DNA from: Ancylonema sp. | Taxonomy: Eukaryota | Length of the DNA: 27,080 bases | Assembly: GCA_050230475.1 (NCBI GenBank) | Contig: JBFLGF010000030.1 | Span: 62,001-89,080, forward strand | Direction of reading: 5' to 3' | Shown: piece after piece, positions 1-9,994 of the stretch | Layout of the letters: every line of letters begins with the position of its first letter | Numbering within the stretch: the stretch's first letter is position 1 | The notes under the pieces: generated by a model | What the model saw: only the letters and a program-made list of their open reading frames with translations | Told to the model about the DNA's origin: nothing | Databases searched by the model: none | Translations under genes and position numbers: made by a program

Positions 1-2036
1 GAAAGAATCACAACTCGTAGGAGTCGGCAGAAAAAAGTAGAGTAGAGTAAATACACCTGTAGGAGAAACCGGATCCGTTTGAGGTCACAAATTGATGGCG
101 GTTTGAATGACTGTCCTCGGGGATGACCGAGAGTGAAATATTTTTAACGGGGTAGCACTTAGTAGGTGACTACACACATGAGTAGATCCAATCTCAGTGT
201 AGATGATAAACTTAAAGAGTTGCGTATTTATGTCAGCGAGTATTGTTTTGTTTCATATGACTAAGACATACGTGTGCATAACACATTTGACGAGTCGAGG
301 GCTCCATTTTGTATTTATAGAATCTTGGGAGAATGATTCGATAGAGGAAAGTATAATTTCGCAATGCAAAGATTTGACACATCTACTGTGGCGTATCTCA
401 TAGTTGGGCGCAATATACACTCCCACATCAGGATCAATCGGTCCCAATGCGATGGGGAATCTCCAATCCGGCTCCGATCTGGATGGGGGTTCGGAGGGAT
501 CGGGCACAAGTATGATCATGAAGGTGTAACTCTCGAAATGGCATGCTGTGTCGCAAAAAGACTTCTTGATGGCAAGAATCATCATAATCGCCAACAATTG
601 GTATTGCTTAAACGCACACACTAAATGCATGACATATCCTCTACACTCAGGACCCAAATTCAGCAAATTCTGGTCGTCAATAAGTTATAACAATTGTTAC
701 GATATCGATCACAACAAAAATGTTGTTAAGTAATCGATAACACACGATATCAAATTAAAGGCACCGCATGAGGAGTCAATTATTGATATTACAATGTAGA
801 TCTTTATACATAGGAACTATCTTACGGGCAATTTTCATAACAACACATCCAACGGTTGCACGACACCACATCCCAACCCCCTAACACGGCGAGCTGGACA
901 TGGCCCGTGTCGTGACGCGAAAAATCTCACACGTGCATTTCGACACGGAAAATTCCGGACTCAATATAACAATAACAATGCCAAAATAACTAACTTTAAT
1001 TATATTTCGAAATTTCGGGATTTCGGAATTTTAGTACTTTGTAATTAAGTATCGTACTAACGACTTGTATGTGATTTTCATTATAATTTGTGAAGATAAA
1101 TAAGGTAAAATTATAATAATGACAATCCGTCGCAAATGTAATCGATACTAGAGCAAATCTTGCTCTATACGTGGCATAAAAACATGACTCGGCAAACGCC
1201 GAGTCGCCGAATCCGACTTGGCTTTGTCGAGGGTTTTACCGTATCTACACCAGGATATTATTTAGGGTACGGAGACATACAATCGATCAATGGTCCTGTA
1301 CATGGAAAGTACATGGAAAGTAAAAGTTCATGGAGAAGTAATATTGTATAGTATCCATTTATTACGTAACATTTACCATCAATGTGTATAACTTTACAAG
1401 TAAAATTGGTGTTACACATTAGTTAAATTCTTAATGTCACAATGATGACACAAAACTTTCAAACTTCCAACTTTCGAGTTGTTATCGATATCCTCAATAT
1501 TTTGAAAGGGAACCAACATATCGCCAACAATCGATGAAGCTATAAATTGCATGCACTTGAAATCACATGAACCAAGCCATTTATAAAAGGTACCTAGGTG
1601 GATGTTGGGGATGATGTCTGGTGGAAGTATGAAATGTTTTAAATCCCTTGTATAATGTAAAAGTGATGACTAATATTAATCATTTTATCGATGAGTGTAT
1701 TTTCTATAAATTTAATCTTCAATTTCTGCAAAAAAAATAAAAAAATGAAATTTAATTTGACACATTTCATTACAAGTTATGCAAAAACAAGAAAATTGAT
1801 GATCATTAGTATTTCGATTCTACAGGGGCAACACATTGATACACTTTTATACATTTTTGTACACTGTTATACATCTATCTCAACTAAAGCATCAAGAAAA
1901 TACTATCCTTCTCTTCCATTACCTTACCATACAGGCAAATATAAAACAAACCATGAAAAACAAATTATCTTGCAAACAAAATCGTGCCTACTATATATGC
2001 ACTTTTACTAATTTTCCGAGGTAGATAAAGACCATT

Positions 2037-4354
2037 TTAATTTCGCAATGACATTATCTTTTGCTCTCCGTTTTGAAGCACCAATTGTATGCTACCATCT
2101 CCTTGGATCATTTGGCACGAGTCCGCCAAATTCAGCACGTTGCAAATTGTGTCGTGCGGGGCAAAGTTGTGAGATGTTGAAGACAAAGATTTGTTGACGG
2201 GATTTCGCTGATTTGTGAGAGCGATGAGGAGGGGACCACGTGTGAACACGTAAAGATTTCGAGAGCTATGTTTCTCCACTTGAGGATACTCCCAAATCTG
2301 TGACACGAGTGAGAAGGACGAAAGGAGGCTATAGGGGTGACATGGTGACATTCCCAACAATTGAATGTACTTACAAACAACGTCCATACCTTGTATTTCT
2401 GGCGAGCATTGTTGAGGAGGGCGATGAATCGATAGAGCGGCGCGGTAGTATCGAATCCCCCCCACCACAACGGCACACGATTTGCACCGGAGAGCAAATG
2501 ACCGCTGCGCAATCAAAAGAGGCGGGAATTAGATTCCCTCCCATAAAATCTAGCTTTGTGATCGGTACGAATGTCGCACTTACTCGAGGGCACTCGCTTG
2601 CTCTGTCCCATAGTACAGAATCGGGAAACCCACGCTGAGAAATACGTAGGCGAGCGCACTTTGCGCTGCCTGCGAGTCCTGATTGACGCGGTAGTAGCGC
2701 TCAATATCGTGGTTGTCCACGAACGTTCCGAGCAATTGCATGTCGGGTACAAGCTCCGAATGTTCCCGGAGCATGTAGGAGAAGTCCGTCATTGGATTGG
2801 GATTTGATCCGAACACAGAGCGAATTGTGAAGGCCAGGGGGTATGATGTTACTCCTTGGGCGGTTTTCTGTATTGAACAATGAAAGTTGCCGATTATAAG
2901 TTGATTCGATTTCCTTCATCTCCCTGAAATTGATCGGCATGTATTGATGTGCTTACCGCTGCTTGGTATTTGGCAAGCAGACACGTGTTCTCCACAAAAA
3001 CTTCTCCCAGGAGGAAGCACGAAGTCGCCGCAGTAAAGTCTTGGAGAAAGTCATTGGGCATAAAAGTCCAGCTGTCGCCTCGGAGACCATCCAGATCGAA
3101 AGTCTGGAGCACATTCAGCACCGAGAGGATCAGAGAAAGTATCCGAAGAATGAACTTGAATGTCTCACGGCGAAGCTCTCGGATATGAAATTCCAATTCT
3201 GGTAATTTTTCAAGTGGACAGTTTCCGATAATCGTGCAAGGTCTGCTGAACCTTCGAAATTGGAATGACTTTTTAGATTCTGACGACCATCAATGCTTCT
3301 CGATGTACATCAATTCTGCCTTTGTTGATTTTTCGGAAGAGAGGCTGACCGATGTGATCCACCGAACCCACTCCACAGTTTCGCTGCGCACAAACGAGTT
3401 GGACTGATCGAGATCTCGAAGCCCAGTGTACGCGTCACATTGTTGAATCGCTTTTGGATTGGCTTCCTGCACAACGAACCGCAAAATAAACCGCAAAACT
3501 GATAAGCATAACTGCGAAAGATTTGAGTTTCGGATCAGGTGGAGCGACATGTACCTCGCAGAGTGCGCTGTTGAACGTGTAGTCCTCATTTGCGACCGTG
3601 CAGTAGGAGTCAGGCGCAGTGCTGCACAGGCCCGTGTCGCATACGTGGTGGTAATGATCCGAATCGTTGAACGGATGGAAAAAATCGTAAGGGGCATCCA
3701 CGTTCGTATTGCCGCCCATCTGCAATTTCATCAATATTTTTCCTCTTGCCAATTATTGCGGTAATAATTGACGCCGCAAGAAGGGTAAAGTGCTTACGTG
3801 GTTCGGTACAACATCGAGCATCACCAGCATGCCCCTGCCAGGCACAGAAACAACGAAATCTAAGTTTCATTGAAATTATCCGGTCCTGAAAATCCACACC
3901 ACGTCTCCTGTTCAAGCCCTCTATACCTGTCATGTGCAGCTTTGACCAGCTGCTTCAGTTCGATTGCAGCTGCGTCACTGGTCCCTGTGGAACTGAAATG
4001 GGAATTGATGGCATACAGGTCCTGGGGCCAGTAGCCGTGGTATCCACCGGGTGCATTCTCTGTGACCGGAGAAATCCAAAGAGCATCGAAACCCATCCCC
4101 TGAATGTAGTCCAACTGATTTATCACTCCACGGAAGGTTCCTCCACAGTACCCGTAGGCATCCAAATGTTTGCCGTCGCATGTTCCCCCAGTTCCGTTAT
4201 CGGTGGAGAATCTGTCGATTATAAGAAAATAAATGGATCGTTGCCTCCATACATCCCCTGATCGACAACTGCTCCTCACGGCCACTGCTGTCAAGGAAAT
4301 GGTGAAAGCTAGAAGGAGTACTCTTTGTCCTACTACTGCAATTGTAGAAGGCAT
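2037..4354 (-). CDS. Predicted secreted GH13 alpha-amylase, Taka-amylase/GH13_1-like; 8 exons, 517 aa
   Basis: Exons (minus) 4354-3927, 3834-3798, 3719-3555, 3466-3350, 3103-2957, 2867-2584, 2504-2390 and 2297-2037 are all GT-AG and join in frame (1554 nt, TAA stop). Hydrophobic N-terminal signal-like segment. Motifs: WRQRSIYFLIIDRF, YCGGTFRG, LDYIQGMGFDALWISPV, YHGYW, region I DVVPNH, region II DGLRGD (nucleophile), region III GEV (acid/base), region IV FVDNHD, GFPILYYGTEQ and NRVPLW. Confidence 0.93.
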
Positions 4355-7300
4355 TGTAGAGTCTTGCCCAGGGATCTCTTCACAAAACTATAGGCTGCAA
4401 TTAATTGAAAGGAGAAAAAGGTGGGAGTGAAGTGCAGGAATCTAGAAAGTGATATTTTTCACACTATCTCTCGACTTAAATGCAGAGCCCATGCCGAGCA
4501 GCAGAACATTTCGTGCATGCACAATGTTTCATATTCTTGTATCCACGTGTGTAATCTGCGAACTCCTTACGCCATGGTCTGGGGCTAAAACTTTCGGAAC
4601 ACATGTAATGTGAGGACAATACCGACGTACATTTTCTATCCTCGAATTCGCACTACCCTTAAACCAGCACAAGATAATGGTTAAGAAATAATTTTTAGCT
4701 TCTTGGCTTCCCATCGGTCCATCCACCAGCGAGGTGAAGAACTGCGTCCGAGACTAAGAGGTCGGAAATTCTTTTTTCATAACACCACGCATACTTCTTT
4801 CTGACACTAAACGTGTCACTCACTCTGGGCACCTGACCTACTGGGACTCGAAACCGTCAAAAATTCCCTCGCACGTTGAGCTGGAAAGAATACATGTTTG
4901 CCCCTGCAGAAAAGTTTCCGTGCAGGAACGTTGAGCTGGTAACAAACATCCCATAACTGGCTTACTCAATATTTCGAGTGCGGATAACGAGAGGCGTGGG
5001 AGACCGGCACGTACGTTCACCTTGAGTTCCTAGCGTACGGTAAGCCGACACGGAAAAGCGGCCTGTCATAATTATCCGTCAGGTTCTGGACACGTGTAGC
5101 ACGGAACAGATCCTCGATGATTTTATGATTGGGGACAGCAATCAGAGCCGATGTCAGTGATCCGTGCGTCCAACAGCCACATGTTGCACGTAGAGTTGAC
5201 CTTCTGGATACCTTCGTGTCTTCGTATCATGGTATCATGGATACCCTCTGATTGGTCCGCAGGTCCCAGGACAACGATAAAAATCTGTCGCTGGTTTTTC
5301 CTCGACGACGCACCTCACTCATGAACGACAGGCCAGGATAACTGAGTATTTCACCAGGAGTGAACAATGATTAAGGATCGACACACGACCAGAATCTCGA
5401 CAAATCGATAAAATCATAGAGGTTTATATTTGTTAGAGGTTATCAACAAGAAGTTAAAAAACCTAGTCATCCGCGTCTCTTGTGACATTGCATGCGCTAA
5501 AATCTGCACGGCTTGCAAGTCTCATACATGGAATTTGATAGTCGTTCCGACATCCGTCGTCACTTAGCGAGATTTCAAGAACATTTCACGGAAACCATGT
5601 CTGATGGTCGCACTGCAGTAAAGATAAGTAACAAGTATCGACGTCAACAAAAATCACTCACAACATTTAACTAACTTGTATGGCTCTTCAACATTCAGTA
5701 CGCAAGACAGGTTGGCCGTTGAAAAAGTGGTACATTCAAAGCTGAGGTACAGGCTTACGACACCATTTCAAACTTGCAAGAATATACATGTAAAAAAAAA
5801 AACAGCAAACTTGGACGAAATGTGTCGGTTTCGAAGGTAATATCGACAAAGCCATCCGGAGAACGAAATTCGACACCTATTCCATGTGACCTAACGATTA
5901 TTCCATCTCACCGATTCCCTCGTTAAATAATCGTGAACGAAGTTTAATGGCAATTTAAAAGTAAAAGTTTCAGCACTAATACTATTTATATTTCAAACTT
6001 GGATTACACCACCATATACTTCACACAATGCTAATCGAAATGGAGAAGTGAAAGTAAATATTTTTTCCATAAATGTACCATGGAGAATAAAAATTTTCCG
6101 AGACGCGAGAATAGTTTATGAATCTTGCCTTCTTGGATTCATTTAGTGGAAAAGGAACAACAACGCCGCAACGGCGATATTAAAATTGAAATGTGTGTAA
6201 TTCATTACCGATGTCTTTTTTTTCTTTTTTTGGAGTGTACATCTCAACCCCATGGCCAGCGAGGACTCTTTCAGTTCACTAAACATTAGAGGTTGAAGAT
6301 GAGCATCTTCTAAATGGTACAACTTAGTACGATGATCTTAGTACTTAGTGCTTGGTACGACTACCTCTTATGATGGTCTACACGCCCGTCACGGCACCCA
6401 ACCAATCCTAAATCCAAGAATCCTTAACGTTCATGAACTTGTAGGAAGAAGCATCCTCACCGCTGAAAATGCTTCTCGACGTTCGACGTGAGCAAAGTCA
6501 ACCCATAACTACAAGCATGATCATGACGTTGACTTATGGCCCAACGAGATGAGTACCTTGTTGACATGGGCACTCTTTGTGTGTATTCGCAGCAAATAAA
6601 AACAAAAGAGGATTGCTATGCGGGTGGATCATGAATCCAAATATGATATACGATGTATTTTTACACATGAGCGCACGCACTATACATTGGACATAAGCGC
6701 ACGCACTATACACCATGGTAGATAGCAAATAAAAATCAGAGCTAAGGTTAATACATATCACCAAATCCTGGACTCACAATGCCCGCATAAATGTTAATAC
6801 AAGTCAATCTAGAGAAACAATAAATCCACACCGCGTTTACCGTATTGACATAATCAATTGTCGTGTCGATTTCAAGTTAAAATGAAACAAAAGAAAAAGA
6901 TAGCAATTTGGCACATTGGTCACCTCGAAGTAATCAAAGAACGTCACAACTCCACAAACGTCAAGCCTTGATTGGAATGTTTACGCTATAACCATTTTTC
7001 GATATGTCAACCAAAGCATCCCATAAGTTTCCCAACGGGATCGTAAAACAGAAGTTAATTTCGAATGATTTTATTGTAATTACGTCGTTATAACGTACGT
7101 AGTTGAAAATTATTTTTGACGGTCATAAATCATTTTTCCCGCCACCACTCAATTCTCATAAGTGTTTTTCGTACACAACTCCACAGTACGCAAATTCACA
7201 CTACGAATATTTCCGTACACATCTCCACACTAGTACAAACAAATCATTAAAAATGTGACTCAAAAGAAACCACGTCGTCCCAAGTTCTGGTTCATGGCGA

Positions 7301-7506
7301 CATTCATACACGTCTAAGACCAGGCACGTGGAACACACTACACCTTCCATAACAACTCACCCTCAAAGGCACCGTGCCCTTCCGGCACGAGACCCTACCA
7401 ATTCATAAATGTATGTGTGGCTCCGTTTCTTGACCGTTGTAGGCTCTTGAAAAACGAAGGAGCTTGGTTGGTACCAAGGTTGTTCTTCCTCGGATAATAA
7501 TTATCC

Positions 7507-7538
<32 letters not shown>

Positions 7539-7541
7539 TAT

Positions 7542-7639
<98 letters not shown>

Positions 7640-7670
7640 TAATAATAATAATGATGATAATAATAATAAT
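7507..7670. repeat. (AAT)n microsatellite, about 54 units with a few interruptions
   Basis: Directly visible AAT tandem run. It explains the poly-N, poly-I and poly-Y ORFs in the track. Confidence 0.98.
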
Positions 7671-8720
7671 TGTCCACCGAATAATAAAATAATAGGGCGA
7701 AGGACAATTGTCAACGCTCTTCATAATTCGGCATAAAACCAAGTCCTGACATCACCTCCAATAGATCGATACTAATAATTGAGAGCTAGCGATTTAGTGG
7801 GCGGTCCATAACCACATTCGAAGTCGATATTATCTTGTATATTTTGAATATCGTTAAGTAAACAAAAAACAAAAAAAAGAAGAAGCGGAATCTAGTTCGT
7901 TGCTCATTTTTGCTGGCACGCTAAAGCACGCTTCCCAGGAGAGAGCCCCCTTGCTTGTTATTTTGCAAATTGTCGTGTTTTAAAATGAGTTCAAACTCAT
8001 TTTAGCCCGTTCCATACATATCGGTAGCTTAGCGGCAACTCATCTCTTTTCACAGATTCTTGAGAGTATTGGTCATATGCTATGCAAATAAGACACGGCA
8101 ACACGCGAGCAGAGGTCTCTAACTATTTTGATGACAAAGCAACAAACCACGTCAATATCGACGCAAAAGCACTCTCTGTGCCGTCGAGTGCACCACCACC
8201 CAAGTTGACTTTAGTTTTCAGTAGCATGATCACAACGGACAATTCTTCGTCATCTAAACTCCATTTCTAGTAAAACTTATTTGGTTGATGGCACCAATCG
8301 CCGCCGACAACCCTCATAGTCACTGGGCTCAAGCGCTGGTTGTTTGTTAGAGATAGGAAGCGAGGGGATTTTCTCAAAGACGGAAAACAAAATTCGTGTT
8401 TTTTTACAACGGCCAGAATTGCCTCAATGCTTATACAGTCAATGATCGATCGACAACCTCGTTCGAATGTACTTTTCAATCCCTCGATGACTATTCTTGC
8501 ACTTGTTACAATGGCGACGTCTTAGTTGTGCAGTGCAACTACTCGCCTACCTCACGTGCAAGTACTCAGAAGCCATACTATTTTGATCATGATGGCGGCG
8601 GTTAGTAACACATTCGTGTTTGCCAATCTAAATTCTGTTGTCATTTGAGAGCAATATCGAATAGGTGCTCACATACTTGTTGAAATCCAGGCATACGGTA
8701 CCCATCCCAAAATGGATTAA

Positions 8721-8952
8721 TACAATATAGTCCCACCCCTTAGCCTCTCCTTTTCAACGGTTAAATTTCAGCCCCACTCCACCCCCGGCAATAGTTCCGT
8801 CAATTGCCAAGATATTGTAGGATACAGACGGCCGGATTTACCAGCACTAAGGCCCCAATATTGACTTTTGTGATTATTGTAAAGCCCTACAACTTAGCCC
8901 CACCCGAGAAATAAAACAAATTGGTGGGGCTATAAATCTGGCGGATACTGTA
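8721..8952. mobile_element. Possible degenerate MITE remnant
   Basis: The right end GGTGGGGCTATAAATCTGGCGGATACTG-TA partly mirrors the left end TA-CAATATAGTCCCACC, with a gap. AGCCCCAC motifs recur internally near 8770 and 8896. Confidence 0.35.
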
Positions 8953-9489
8953 TCGAAAACTCAATTTCATGTAATTCGCTAAGTACTTATGAACCAACAA
9001 CGCGCCGAATGCACAAAACGCATGAGTCACACCGACGGCGGATCTTAGTTACTTCAAAATACAGTTGACTCACAATGCTTGCAACTATTAGACACTGTTC
9101 GACTTCACACCGACAACGTATCAATGCACCGACAACTGTTGTCATCTCGAAATTGGGTACATTAGTACAATACAACAACACACCTTACACCACACGTCAC
9201 GTTGCATCGGGAACTGAAACCAAAAAACAAGACACAAGCACTTCCCCACGTCGATAGGGAGTTGGAGATAAAAGCTAGATTGCCTTTATTTTATACGAAG
9301 TCGATTTTTAAAAAGAAAGAGAAGAAGCCAAAGAAGGGGGAAAAAAGATGAAAATGAAAAAATTATGGGAGACATACAAATACGCCTTGGTCCACGATAT
9401 ATTCCCCATTACGACTTTCAATTATTTGCTTCCACTTCGTGATCTAGTGCAGTGCAAAAAACATAAAAGACGAGAAGGTTGTCGAATGA

Positions 9490-9553
9490 AATTACCGATT
9501 ACTGATCGGTAATTGGTCATTACCGATTTTTACCGAAATCGTTAATGACCAAT
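9490..9553. repeat. Two overlapping inverted repeats (double hairpin) built on TTACCGA motifs
   Basis: AATTACCGAT (9490-9499) pairs perfectly with ATCGGTAATT (9505-9514). Positions 9512-9529 pair with 9536-9553 at 17/18. Confidence 0.8.
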
Positions 9554-9994
9554 GCGTCAAAAATCAAAAGGATAATGCTTACTAACTTGGAACAATGGCT
9601 TCATGCTATTCATGTGACGTAGTGTGCCGCTAGAGGAAGATAGCAACAAATCAATCAAGTGCACGCACTCGCCTTGCAGGGATGTCTAAGGAAGGAGAAC
9701 GAGGACGAAGTACATCACAAAAACCGCACCAACTATACAAACAATGCTAACACCTAACTACACAAAACAAGATGGTTGTGAACCAACCTTTCCCGACACA
9801 CCACCTCCACTACCCTTCCGATTCCACACCATATCATCAACCACCAACACGCATCTCCATTTGTACACCTACGCTTCCGTCATTCTGCTCCAAGGTTCCC
9901 TCCCCCTCCACCTCCCCCCCTGCACAACAACAGCGCACGAGTAAGGACGGCAGGAAACAAATGCACAACCCCCCCCCCCCCCCCCCCCTTTCCC

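Noticed and set aside
203..733. Several 60-137 aa ORFs on both strands
   Set aside because: No recognisable motifs or consistent splice structure. They could be decayed TE sequence, but this is unsupported.
4838..4910. B-box-like GGTTTCGAGTCCC on the minus strand suggesting a tRNA or SINE
   Set aside because: No A-box or cloverleaf could be built. The segment looks at least as much like a 5' UTR exon of the amylase.
7395..7742. Poly-Asn, poly-Ile and poly-Tyr ORFs
   Set aside because: They are translations of the AAT microsatellite.
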